DNA of 49,059 nucleotides from Bifidobacterium breve (GCA_945873475.1 CAMCDF010000001.1:1-49059), one strand, 5' to 3'; shown: positions 8,620 to 17,914, counted from the first letter of the stretch. A program made the numbers and translations. The notes: generated from the sequence alone by a model not told the origin.

Positions 8620-9876
8620 ATGCCGCCCATGACGGGCCGTCAGGCCACAGCACCGCCGTGGGCATGGATCGGCACGGCGGCCGCCATAGTCGTGATCATC
8701 TGGATCGCGGGACAGACGCTGGGACGCGTCCTTTTCGTGTTCCTCGTTTCCGTGGTCATCGCCCTGCTCCTGAACCCGCTCGTGCGCGGCCTCCGGCGCG
8801 GGCACGTTCCACGGGGGCTGGCCGTCGCCACGGTGTTCCTCACGTTCCTCGGCGCGGTGGCCGCGGCGATCGTGCTGCTCATCCCCGCGATCCAGCTGCA
8901 GCTGACCACCATCAGGGCGAACCTGCCGCTGTACACCGATCAGGCCCAACGTCAGGTGCAGAACCTGCAGGGCTTCTTCGACCGGAACGGCATCGATATC
9001 GACGTGGCCGAACGCGCCAATGCCGCGTTGCAGGCCATACGCGGCTGGGCGAACGACCTCTCGGGCAATGCGGTGTCGTACTCGCTCAGCGCGCTCGGGG
9101 CGCTGGTGGTCATCATCATCATCATCGTCGCCGCCGTGTACATGCTGCTCGACGCCCCGCAGATCGCCCGCGCGGCACGGCGCCTGGGCGGGCCATCGGC
9201 GTCGCAGTTCCTGCGCCGCACCGAGCACACCCTCGTGCAGTACATCAAGGCCCAGACCCTCGTCTGCCTGATCATCGGCGTGAGCGCCGGCGTGATCCTG
9301 TGGATCTTCGGCGTCACCGGCATCTTCCCGCAGGGCGCCACCTACGCCGTTCTGTTCGCGGCGTGGATCTTCCTGATGGAGTTCATCCCGTACATCGGGC
9401 CCATTCTCGGTGCCGTGCCGCCCGTGCTGCTGGCCCTCTTCATCTCGCCGTGGACGGCCCTGTGGGTGCTCATCGCGTTCATCGCCATCCACCAGTTCGA
9501 GGGCCACGTGGTGGTGCCCCAGGTCATGGGCGACGCGGTGGGCGTGCATCCCCTGGTCGTCATCTTCGGCGTGCTCATCGGCGAGGAGCTCTACGGCTTC
9601 ATCGGAATCATCCTCGCCGTGCCGGTGGTGGTCATCCTCAAGGAGACCGCCGTGTACCTGAGCGAGCGCCTCGGCTGGTTCGGCCTCATGCCCGCCACCG
9701 CCGGTGCGCCGGCCGACGCCGCCGATCCCGCGCAGGGCGACACCCTCACGGGCCTCGCACCCCCACCGCGCCGCACGGCAGCACAGCCCCCGGCGGACGC
9801 CCCGGGGGAGGGCGACACCATGGACGTCACCAACGTGGTGCCCACCCAGCCCCCCCGCCCCACCGGCGCTGAGTAG
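8620..9876 (+). CDS. AI-2E family transporter (PerM/UPF0118) with Pro/Ala-rich C-terminal tail
   Basis: 418 aa multi-TM protein with typical AI-2E helical layout and sequence ('FLVSVVIALLLNPLV', 'YIGPILGAVPP'). Confidence 0.8.
   Translation: MPPMTGRQATAPPWAWIGTAAAIVVIIWIAGQTLGRVLFVFLVSVVIALLLNPLVRGLRRGHVPRGLAVATVFLTFLGAVAAAIVLLIPAIQLQLTTIRANLPLYTDQAQRQVQNLQGFFDRNGIDIDVAERANAALQAIRGWANDLSGNAVSYSLSALGALVVIIIIIVAAVYMLLDAPQIARAARRLGGPSASQFLRRTEHTLVQYIKAQTLVCLIIGVSAGVILWIFGVTGIFPQGATYAVLFAAWIFLMEFIPYIGPILGAVPPVLLALFISPWTALWVLIAFIAIHQFEGHVVVPQVMGDAVGVHPLVVIFGVLIGEELYGFIGIILAVPVVVILKETAVYLSERLGWFGLMPATAGAPADAADPAQGDTLTGLAPPPRRTAAQPPADAPGEGDTMDVTNVVPTQPPRPTGAE
9112..9126. repeat. (ATC)5 trinucleotide repeat, encoding Ile5 in a TM helix of the AI-2E transporter
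   Basis: Read directly: gtc-atcatcatcatcatc-gtc. Confidence 0.9.
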
Positions 9877-9885
9877 GAACGGCCC

Positions 9886-10569
9886 GTGGGCGACCGTCTG
9901 CTGGAGGCGCGCGGGATAACTCGCAGGTACGGGCGGGTGGAGGCCCTGGCCCCGATCGACCTCGGCATCGACCGCGGCGAGCGCATCGCGCTCACGGGGC
10001 CGAACGGAGCCGGCAAGACAACCCTGCTCACCATGCTCGCGGGCGTGGGCGCCCCGGACGCGGGCGTCATCACATGGACGGGAGAATCAGCAGGCGCGGT
10101 GGGGTGGGTGCCCCAGAAGCCGGCGCTCTACCCGCGCCTCACGGTGCGGGAGAACCTGCGGCTGTTCGCGGGCCTCGAGGGCACGGACGACGCAGGGGCC
10201 ACGGCCGAGGGCCTGATCGCGCGCGCCGACCTCGGCGAGTTCGCCGACCGCCGCGCGGGCGCGCTGTCCACGGGCACCCTGCAGCGACTGAACCTGGCAA
10301 TCGCGCTCGCGGGGTCGCCGGCGCTGCTGCTGCTCGATGAGCCCACGGGCACGCTCAGCCCCGACCAGCGCGTGCGCCTGTGGGCGTGGATGGACGACCT
10401 GGTCACCACAGACCGCATGGCGCTGGTGTTCTCGACGCAGTCCATGGACGAGGCGGCCCGCAACGCCGACCGCGTGCTGGTGCTGGCGGGCGGCCGCCTC
10501 CTGCACGACGGCCCGGCGGGTGACATGGACGAGGCCGCGTTCATGCAGCTGGTGGGTGACCCCGCATGA
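9886..10569 (+). CDS. ABC transporter ATP-binding protein
   Basis: Walker A 'GPNGAGKTT', signature 'LSTGTLQR' and Walker B 'LLLLDEPT'. ATGA overlap with the permease gene. Confidence 0.85.
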   Translation: MGDRLLEARGITRRYGRVEALAPIDLGIDRGERIALTGPNGAGKTTLLTMLAGVGAPDAGVITWTGESAGAVGWVPQKPALYPRLTVRENLRLFAGLEGTDDAGATAEGLIARADLGEFADRRAGALSTGTLQRLNLAIALAGSPALLLLDEPTGTLSPDQRVRLWAWMDDLVTTDRMALVFSTQSMDEAARNADRVLVLAGGRLLHDGPAGDMDEAAFMQLVGDPA

Positions 10570-11918
10570 GGGCGCTGCGGAGCGGGGCACTGCTGTTCCG
10601 GAAGGACCTGCGGGTGCTGGTGCGCAGCCGGGGACTGCTGGCTGTGCTCATCGGCTACCCCATCGTGATCGCCATCCTCCTGGCCATCGCGCTGTCGGGG
10701 GGCGACCGCCGGCCGGGGGTCGCGTTCGTCAACCTCGACGCCGCGTCGGGGCGCACCGTGCAGGTGGGCGACGAGCGCCTGTCGGTGGACGACTACGCCA
10801 CCAGGCTCGAGGACGACGTCGACCTGGTGCGCCTCGACCCGGCCCAGGCCGAGGAGGCCCTCGCGGCGGGACGCGTGAGCGCCGTGCTCACGGTGCCCCG
10901 GGGCTTCATCGCCGACCTGCAGTCGGGGCTCAAGCCTCCCGTGCTGCAGCTGGCCACAAACCCCCGCTCGCCCATCGAGGCCCAGGCGATCGAGCGCAAC
11001 CTCGAGTCGGCCGTCTTCCGCCTGAACCAGGCGCTGGCCACCGCCTACGTCACGCAGGTGCTCAACCTCGTGGACCTCATCCAGGACGGCGGCACCGTGG
11101 GCATCTTCGGGCGCTCGGGCACGCTGCTGGGGCTGAACGAGAGCAGCACGGAACTCGCGCGTGTGCAGGCCCAGCTTCGCCGGGACGGCCGGGGGGCACT
11201 GGCGAATCGTCTGGGTCCCCTGCGCGACTACATCTCGGGCGTGGGCGAGAACCTCGAACTGGCCAAGCCGGCGGCACAGGCCATCGCCAGCCCCATCAAG
11301 CTCGAGATCAGCGAGGGGGCGCCGGGTCGGGAGCCGCTCTCGGCGCTGGGCATCGCGGGGGCGCTCGTGGTGGGCATCGGCCTCGTGGGCGTGCTGCTGG
11401 CCGCCGCACTGCTGTCTTCAGAGCGCGAGGACCACGTTCTCTCGCGCCTGGGCCGCGGGCTCGCGGGGCCCGGCACCATCATCGCCCAGAAGGCCGTGCT
11501 GGCCGCCCTGGCGTGCGCGGTGGTGGGCTTCGTGCTGCTGGGCGTGGTGGCGCTCAGCACATCGGTCTCGGTGGGGCGCTGGCTGCTGTGGCTGCCCGCG
11601 CTGCTCCTGGCAGGCCTGGCGTCGGGCGCCTTCGGGCTGCTCATCGGCGCGCTCGCGCGCGAGACGCGCACGGCCCTCCTCGCCGGCCTGATGATCGCCC
11701 TCCCGCTGGCCGTCATCTCGCTCATCCCGGGCAACGACATCGCCTACTGGGCCAGCGCCCTGGCCGGGTTCGGACCGGCTGCGCGCACCTTCCAGGGGCT
11801 GCTCGTGGACCCCGAGGTCACGTCATCCACCTACTCGGGCATGGGGATCCTCGCGGTCGTTGCACTGGTGTACGGCGTGGCCGCGCGCGTGGCGCTGGGC
11901 CGCCGCATGCACGCCTAG
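10566..11918 (+). CDS. ABC-2 type transporter permease (large extracytoplasmic loop)
   Basis: 450 aa: N-terminal TM, roughly 200-aa loop, C-terminal bundle of TM helices. Translationally coupled to the ATPase. Confidence 0.7.
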   Translation: MRALRSGALLFRKDLRVLVRSRGLLAVLIGYPIVIAILLAIALSGGDRRPGVAFVNLDAASGRTVQVGDERLSVDDYATRLEDDVDLVRLDPAQAEEALAAGRVSAVLTVPRGFIADLQSGLKPPVLQLATNPRSPIEAQAIERNLESAVFRLNQALATAYVTQVLNLVDLIQDGGTVGIFGRSGTLLGLNESSTELARVQAQLRRDGRGALANRLGPLRDYISGVGENLELAKPAAQAIASPIKLEISEGAPGREPLSALGIAGALVVGIGLVGVLLAAALLSSEREDHVLSRLGRGLAGPGTIIAQKAVLAALACAVVGFVLLGVVALSTSVSVGRWLLWLPALLLAGLASGAFGLLIGALARETRTALLAGLMIALPLAVISLIPGNDIAYWASALAGFGPAARTFQGLLVDPEVTSSTYSGMGILAVVALVYGVAARVALGRRMHA

Positions 11919-12568
11919 CCCGGCGGGGGCGCAAGGGCGCGCGCCAGGCGCGCCATGAACTCGCCGTGCGGAATGCCCCGGGCCCCGAAGCGGGCCACAT
12001 GCGGCGACTCCATCTGCACGTCGATCATCTCGGCGCCGCCGTTCCCGGCGATGGCCAGCAGCCCGGCGATGGCCGCGTTGCCGCCGTCTGGTGCCCGGTG
12101 GAACATGCTCTCCGCCGTCATGAAACGGCCGAGCCATACCCCGAAGAGACCGCCCACCAGCCGGTCGGCGTCCCAGGCCTCCACGCTGTGCGCGATGCCC
12201 TCGTCGTGCAGCACCCCATACGCCGCCGCAAGGCGGGGCGTGAGCCACTGGCCGTCGCGATCGCCTCCGCACGAGCGCACCACCTCGTCGAAGGCGGTGT
12301 CCACGCGCACCTCGTAGCCGCGCCTGCGCACCATGCGACGCACGGTCGCGGGCACCCGGGCGTCGGACGGCAGGATGACCGCGCGGGGGTCGGTGAAGTA
12401 CCAGCCCACGGGGCCGGTGGCGCCGGCCTCGTCCATGGGGAACAGGCCCTGGACGTAGCCCTGCAGCATCTGGTCGGGCGCCAGGCCAACCGCCCCCAGT
12501 TGATGCGGGTCCACCCCTTCCGGCACGAAAGCGACGATACACTCGGCAGTCGTGCAGGTCCCGACCAC
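11915..12568 (-). CDS. aat: Leucyl/phenylalanyl-tRNA--protein transferase
   Basis: The C-terminal ~217 aa of the 340-aa track ORF align with Aat ('LQGYVQGLFPM', 'WYFTDPRAVI', 'SVEAW...LVGGLFGV..G..F..ESMF'). Start placed at GTG 12568 by analogy with E. coli Aat N-terminal length. The upstream part of the ORF is antisense to hemB. Confidence 0.7.
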   Translation of the reverse strand: MVGTCTTAECIVAFVPEGVDPHQLGAVGLAPDQMLQGYVQGLFPMDEAGATGPVGWYFTDPRAVILPSDARVPATVRRMVRRRGYEVRVDTAFDEVVRSCGGDRDGQWLTPRLAAAYGVLHDEGIAHSVEAWDADRLVGGLFGVWLGRFMTAESMFHRAPDGGNAAIAGLLAIAGNGGAEMIDVQMESPHVARFGARGIPHGEFMARLARALAPPPG

Positions 12569-13574
12569 ACAGGCCGGCGTCGCGTCGGGAACCTTCCCGG
12601 CCGTTCGCCACCGCAGGCTCCGTCGCACCGAGGGCATCCGCCGCCTCGTGCGCGAGGCCGTTCCGCGCCCGTCGCAGTTGGTGCTGCCGATGTTCGCGGT
12701 GGAGGGCACCGGCATCCGCCAGCCCGTCGACGCCCTGCCCGGGGTATCGCGCCTGTCGCCCGACCTGCTGGTGGAGGATGCCCGCATCGCGCATGAAGCC
12801 GGCATCGGCGGCGTGCTGCTGTTCGGGGTCACCGACCAGAAGGACCCGCTGGCGTCATCGGCCCACGCCGACGACGGCGTGGTGCAGCAGGCCGTACGTG
12901 CACTCAAGGCTGCGCTGCCCGACCTGGTGGTCATCACCGACGTCTGCCTGTGCGCCTACACCGACCACGGCCACTGCGGCGTGCTCGACCACGATGGCGA
13001 GGTGGCCAACGACGCCTCGCTCGAGGTGCTGGCGCGCACGGCCGTGAGCCATGCCGATGCCGGTACCGACATCGTTGCGCCCAGCGACATGATGGACGGC
13101 CGGGTCGCGGCGATCCGCCAGGGCCTCGACGACGCCGGGCACGAGGGCGTGGCGATCATGAGCTACTCGGCCAAGTACGCATCGGCGTTCTACGGCCCGT
13201 TCCGCGAGGCAGCGGGCTCGGCGCCCGGGCACGGAGACCGGCGCGGCTACCAGATGGACCCACCCAACGCTCGCGAGGCCGTGCGTGAGGTACGCGAAGA
13301 CGAGGCCGAGGGCGCCGACATGGTCATGGTCAAGCCCGCCGCCACCTACCTCGACGTGATCTCGGCCGTGCGGGCGGCCACCGACCTCCCCGTGGCCGCC
13401 TACCACGTGAGCGGCGAGTACTCGATGCTCAAGGCCGCCGCCGAGCGCGGCTGGCTGGACGAGCGCCGCGCCATGCTCGAGACCCTCACCGCGATCGTGC
13501 GGGCGGGAGCAGACATCGTCATCACCTACGCGGCCGTGGACGCCGCCCGATGGATCCGCGAGGAGGACCAGTGA
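12552..13574 (+). CDS. hemB: Porphobilinogen synthase (delta-aminolevulinate dehydratase)
   Basis: 340 aa. 'RHRRLRRTEGIRRLV', 'APSDMMDGRV' and 'VKPA..YLDVI' are classic HemB motifs. Confidence 0.9.
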   Translation: MQVPTTQAGVASGTFPAVRHRRLRRTEGIRRLVREAVPRPSQLVLPMFAVEGTGIRQPVDALPGVSRLSPDLLVEDARIAHEAGIGGVLLFGVTDQKDPLASSAHADDGVVQQAVRALKAALPDLVVITDVCLCAYTDHGHCGVLDHDGEVANDASLEVLARTAVSHADAGTDIVAPSDMMDGRVAAIRQGLDDAGHEGVAIMSYSAKYASAFYGPFREAAGSAPGHGDRRGYQMDPPNAREAVREVREDEAEGADMVMVKPAATYLDVISAVRAATDLPVAAYHVSGEYSMLKAAAERGWLDERRAMLETLTAIVRAGADIVITYAAVDAARWIREEDQ

Positions 13575-14653
13575 CGACCGCCGCCGCAAGGCCCATCCAG
13601 CACAAGCCCGACGAGGTCGACCAGCGGCTGCTCAACGCCCTGCAGGCGGGAATCCCGCTCGACCGCCGGCCGTTCGCGGGCATCGCCGAGTCGGTGGGCA
13701 TCGACGAGGACGAGGTGCTCCGGCGCATGGGCGTGCTGAAGGACGCCGCCATCATCCGCCAGGTCTCGGCCATCTTCGACACACGGGCGCTCGGGTACGA
13801 GAGCACCCTCGTGGCGGCCGCCTACCCCGACGACCGCCTGTTCGACGCGGCCAAGGTCATCAACGGCCACCCGGGCGTCAGCCACAACTACCGGCGCACG
13901 CACAACTTCAACATGTGGTTCACGCTGGCGGTCGAGCCCGACGCCCGCATGTCGATCGAGGACACCCTCGACGTGCTGGCGCGCGAGACCGGCGCCATCT
14001 CCATGCGCATCCTCCCGACCCTCATGCTCTACAAGATCAACGTGCAGCTCGACATGACCGGCGACACCGGCACCACCGCGCGCGCAGAGCCCATGGCCCC
14101 GCCGCAGCGCGGCGACGGGTTCGCGCCGTCCGACGAGGACCGCGAGGCCATCCTCATCCTGCAGGAGGACCTGCCGCTCGTGCACGAGCCCTTCGACGCG
14201 TGGGCCGAGGCCGCCGGGTGGGATGTCGACCGCCTGCTCGCGAAGGCGCAGGAGATGCAGGACCGCACACTCATGCGCCGCTTCGCCGCGGTGCTGAACC
14301 ACAGGCGCGCCGGCTTCGGCGCGAACGGCATGGCCGTGTGGAAAGTGCCCGAGGCCGACATCGACGACTTCGGCAGCCGCATGGCCACGTTCAAGTCGGT
14401 GTCGCACTGCTACCGCCGTCCCGTGTACGACGACTGGCCCTACAGCCTCTTCACCATGGTGCACGCCCGGTCGAAGGACGCCTGCGAGGAGACCATCGCG
14501 GCGCTGGCATCAGAGGCCGGCCTGGGTGACGACGACTACGCGGTGCTCTACTCGACATTCGAGTTCAAGAAGGTGCGCCTGCGCTACTACTCGCCCGAGT
14601 ACCGCGCGTGGGAGGACATCGCGATGGCGGGCTCGCCGCTGCCGGAGGCCTAG
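13571..14653 (+). CDS. Fused AhbA/AhbB (NirD/L/G/H-family) siroheme decarboxylase
   Basis: Two tandem Lrp/AsnC-like modules, each ending in the family hallmark ('GHPGVSHNYRRTHNFNMWFTL' and 'FKSVSHCYRRPVYDDWPYSLFTMVH'). Start set to GTG 13571 (GTGA overlap with the hemB stop) behind AGGAGGA. Confidence 0.7.
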   Translation: MTTAAARPIQHKPDEVDQRLLNALQAGIPLDRRPFAGIAESVGIDEDEVLRRMGVLKDAAIIRQVSAIFDTRALGYESTLVAAAYPDDRLFDAAKVINGHPGVSHNYRRTHNFNMWFTLAVEPDARMSIEDTLDVLARETGAISMRILPTLMLYKINVQLDMTGDTGTTARAEPMAPPQRGDGFAPSDEDREAILILQEDLPLVHEPFDAWAEAAGWDVDRLLAKAQEMQDRTLMRRFAAVLNHRRAGFGANGMAVWKVPEADIDDFGSRMATFKSVSHCYRRPVYDDWPYSLFTMVHARSKDACEETIAALASEAGLGDDDYAVLYSTFEFKKVRLRYYSPEYRAWEDIAMAGSPLPEA

Positions 14654-14658
14654 GAGCC

Positions 14659-15936
14659 GTGGAGGGGTCCCCGGCCGACGCACGCAGCAGGGAGCTGTTC
14701 GACCGCGCGCGCCGCGTGCTGGTGGGCGGGGTCAACTCACCCGTGCGCGCCATGCGCGGCATCGGGCGCGACCCGCTGTTCATCGACCGCGCGGCGGGCA
14801 CCCGGGTGTGGGACGCCGATGGCAACGAGTACGTCGACTTCCTGGCGTCGTGGGGGCCGGCCATCACGGGCCACGCCGACCCCATGGTGATCGGCGACGT
14901 GCGCGAGGCCCTGACACGCGGCACCTCGTACGGGGCGCCCACCGAGCGCGAGGTCGTGTTCGCGGAGGCCGTGACCGAGGCATTCCCGTCCATCGAGAAG
15001 CTGCGCATGACGTCGTCGGGCAGCGAGGCCGTGATGGGTGCGGTGCGGCTGGCCCGCGCGGCCACCGGGCGCGAGGCGATCGTGAAGGCCGAGGGCGGCT
15101 ACCACGGGGCCATCGACGGACTGCTGGCACAGGCCGGCAGCGGGGCCACCACGCTGGGCGTGCCCACCAGCCCGGGGGTCACATCCGGTGCCACCGCCGC
15201 CACGCGGCTGGTGCCCTACAACGACCTGGCGGCAGCCGAGGCGGCCCTCGAGGGCGCGGCGGCCATCATCATCGAGCCGATCGCGGGGAACATGGGCGTG
15301 GTGCCCCCCGCCCCCGGATACCTCGAGGGCCTGCGCGCGGCCTGCGACCGCACCGGCGCGCTGCTCATCCTCGACGAGGTCATCACCGGATTCCGCGTGG
15401 CACGGGGCGGCGCGCAGGAGCTCTTCGGCGTGCGCGCCGACCTCACGTGCCTGGGCAAGATCATCGGGGGCGGCCTGCCGGTGGGCGCGTTCGGTGGGCG
15501 CGCCGATGTCATGGCCGAGCTCGCGCCCGAGGGGCCGTGCTACCAGGCCGGCACGCTGTCGGGCAATCCCCTGGCCACCACCGCGGGCCTCGCCGTGCTG
15601 TGCCGGCTGGCCGAGCCGGGCACCTACGAGCGCCTCGATGAGGGCGGGGCACGCCTGGAGCAGGTCATCCGCGACAGCGGGGCACCGGTCACCATCAACC
15701 GCGTGGGGTCCATGCTCACGCCGTTCTTCACCGACGCACAGGTGACCGACTACGCCGGTGCGACGTCCTGCGACACCGACATGTACGCGGTGGTGGCCCG
15801 CGCGCTGCTGGCGCGCGGCGTGTACCCGCCCCCCTCGCAGTTCGAGGCCTGGTTCGTGAGCACCCTGCACGGCGACGCCGAGTTCGATGCCCTGGCGCGG
15901 GCACTTGACGGCGCGCTCGAGGAGGCCCGCGCATGA
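14659..15936 (+). CDS. hemL: Glutamate-1-semialdehyde 2,1-aminomutase
   Basis: 'GGVNSPVRA', 'SGSEAVM' and 'DEVITGFR' motifs. GTG 14659 preceded by AGGAG, 5 nt after the upstream stop. Confidence 0.9.
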   Translation: MEGSPADARSRELFDRARRVLVGGVNSPVRAMRGIGRDPLFIDRAAGTRVWDADGNEYVDFLASWGPAITGHADPMVIGDVREALTRGTSYGAPTEREVVFAEAVTEAFPSIEKLRMTSSGSEAVMGAVRLARAATGREAIVKAEGGYHGAIDGLLAQAGSGATTLGVPTSPGVTSGATAATRLVPYNDLAAAEAALEGAAAIIIEPIAGNMGVVPPAPGYLEGLRAACDRTGALLILDEVITGFRVARGGAQELFGVRADLTCLGKIIGGGLPVGAFGGRADVMAELAPEGPCYQAGTLSGNPLATTAGLAVLCRLAEPGTYERLDEGGARLEQVIRDSGAPVTINRVGSMLTPFFTDAQVTDYAGATSCDTDMYAVVARALLARGVYPPPSQFEAWFVSTLHGDAEFDALARALDGALEEARA

Positions 15937-16457
15937 TCGGCACCGAGGCAGACCGCGTCAGCCAGGTGCTGGCCGAGCAGCCGGCGCTGGCGGGGCGCAC
16001 CGTGGATGCCGACGAGGTGCTGGTGCCACTGGTCAGCCCGCCCCTGCCGCGCGAGAACGCCCTTGGGCTCGAGCTGATCCTCGAGGGCTTCCTGCTGCAT
16101 CACGGCCGGCCGCGCCACGTGGAGAACGTTCCCATGGGCGCCGCCGTGCTGGCCGGTGACTACTGCTACGCGCAGGGCCTGGTGCGCATCGCCGCCACGG
16201 GCGACCTGGCCATGGTGGAGGCCCTGGGCGACCTGGTGGCGCTGTCGGCCGCGGCCGTGGCATCGGGACGCGAGCAGGACCTCGCCCCGCTGTGGCGGTC
16301 CACCGCGGCAGCGATCTCGGGGGAATCGGGACCGGGAGGAGCCGACGCCGCACGCGCGGCGAGGTCGGCCCTTCGCGAGGGCGTGCCCGAGCCAATCCAC
16401 GAACTGGCCGCGGGGCTGCCGCCGGCGCCCGCGCTCGAGGCGGTGCTGAACCGATGA
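15933..16457 (+). CDS. Hypothetical protein resembling the N-terminal half of a trans-prenyl diphosphate synthase without DDxxD (HepS-like small-subunit candidate)
   Basis: 174 aa, with ATGA overlaps on both sides. 'LELILEGFLLHHGRP...AVLAGDYCYAQGL...GDLAMVEALGDL' parallels 'AVELVHMATLVHDDLID...AINVGDFLFARAF...' of the polyprenyl synthase at 21893. The first Asp-rich motif is replaced by HHGRP. Confidence 0.45.
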   Translation: MIGTEADRVSQVLAEQPALAGRTVDADEVLVPLVSPPLPRENALGLELILEGFLLHHGRPRHVENVPMGAAVLAGDYCYAQGLVRIAATGDLAMVEALGDLVALSAAAVASGREQDLAPLWRSTAAAISGESGPGGADAARAARSALREGVPEPIHELAAGLPPAPALEAVLNR

Positions 16458-17899
16458 AGGACATCCGCGAGTGGATCAAGGCCCTCAGGGACATCGGCGA
16501 GCTGGTCGAGGTGCACGCCGAGGTCGACCCCCACCTGGAGATCACCGAGATCTCGGACCGGGTCATGAAGGCGGGCGGGCCCGCCGTGCTCTTCACCAAC
16601 GTGAAGGGGTCCGACCTGCCGGTGCTGATCAACCAGTTCGGCAGCGAGCGGCGCATGGCCATGGGCCTGGGTGGCGAGGATCTCGACCAGATCGCCGGTC
16701 GCATCGCGGAGATCGCCGAGATGCAGCCGCCGCAGGGGCTGATGGACAAGGTGAAGGCGCTCGGCAAGCTGAAGGACCTCGCATCGCTGGGCACCAAGTC
16801 GGTGAAGTCGGGCCCATGCCAGGAGGTCGTGCTGCGGGGCGACGACGTCGACCTCGACCGGCTGCCCATCCTCACCTGCTGGCCGGGTGACGGCGGGCCC
16901 TTCGTCACGCTGCCCCTGGTGTTCAGCAACGACCCGCGCACCGGCACCCGCAACTGCGGCATGTACCGCGTGCAGAAGGTCGATCGCAACACCTGCATGA
17001 TGCACTGGCAGGTGCACAAGGACGGCCGCCAGCACCTGCTCGACTCAGAGGGCCGCGTGCCCGTGGCCGTGGCGATCGGCACCGACCCCGCGGTCACCTA
17101 CTCGGCCACCGCCCCCCTGCCGCCGGCGCTCGACGAGATGATGTTCGCGGGGTTCCTGCGCGGCGACCGGGTCGAGATGGTGAAGGCCGTGAGCCAGGAC
17201 ATCGAGGTGCCGGCGCATGCCGAGGTGATCCTCGAGGGCTACGTCGACGCGAATGACATCCGCGACGAGGGCCCGTTCGGCGACCACACGGGCTTCTACA
17301 CGCCGGTCGACCGCTATCCGGCATTCCACGTGACGGCGCTCACCATGCGCCGCGACGCCATCTACTCCACCACCATCGTGGGCATGCCCCCGATGGAGGA
17401 CTACTGGCTGGGCAAGGCCACCGAGCGCCTGTTCCTGCCGCTCATCCGCATGACCGTGCCCGACCTCGTGGACATGAACCTCCCGCTGGAGGGCGTATTC
17501 CACAACTGCGCCATCGTGTCGGTGCACAAGCGCTATCCCGGACACGCGAAGAAGCTCATCAACGCCGTCTGGGGCCTGGGCCTGCTGTCGCTCACGCGGT
17601 GCGTCATCGTGGTGGACGGCGACATCGACGTGCACGACGTCTCGCAGGTGGCATTCCGGGCGTTCTCGAACGTCGACCCCAAGCGGGATGTCCTGGTGGT
17701 CGACGGCCCGGTGGACGCGCTCGACCACGCCGCCCCATACCCCGCGTACGGAGCCAAGATCGGCTTCGACGCCACGGCCAAGTGGGAGGGCGAGGGCCAG
17801 GTGCGGCCGTGGCCCGACGAGATCCGCATGACCGACGAGATGCGTGAGCGCGTGAGCGCCCGCTGGGCGGAATTCGGCATCCCGCTGCCGCCCGCCTGA
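16454..17899 (+). CDS. UbiD-family (prFMN-dependent) decarboxylase, menaquinone/futalosine-pathway type
   Basis: 481 aa from ATG 16454 ('MKDIREWIKAL...'), with typical UbiD sequence throughout. The longer track ORF start is upstream read-through. Confidence 0.85.
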   Translation: MKDIREWIKALRDIGELVEVHAEVDPHLEITEISDRVMKAGGPAVLFTNVKGSDLPVLINQFGSERRMAMGLGGEDLDQIAGRIAEIAEMQPPQGLMDKVKALGKLKDLASLGTKSVKSGPCQEVVLRGDDVDLDRLPILTCWPGDGGPFVTLPLVFSNDPRTGTRNCGMYRVQKVDRNTCMMHWQVHKDGRQHLLDSEGRVPVAVAIGTDPAVTYSATAPLPPALDEMMFAGFLRGDRVEMVKAVSQDIEVPAHAEVILEGYVDANDIRDEGPFGDHTGFYTPVDRYPAFHVTALTMRRDAIYSTTIVGMPPMEDYWLGKATERLFLPLIRMTVPDLVDMNLPLEGVFHNCAIVSVHKRYPGHAKKLINAVWGLGLLSLTRCVIVVDGDIDVHDVSQVAFRAFSNVDPKRDVLVVDGPVDALDHAAPYPAYGAKIGFDATAKWEGEGQVRPWPDEIRMTDEMRERVSARWAEFGIPLPPA

Positions 17900-17914
17900 C
17901 CGACATGCCGTGGC

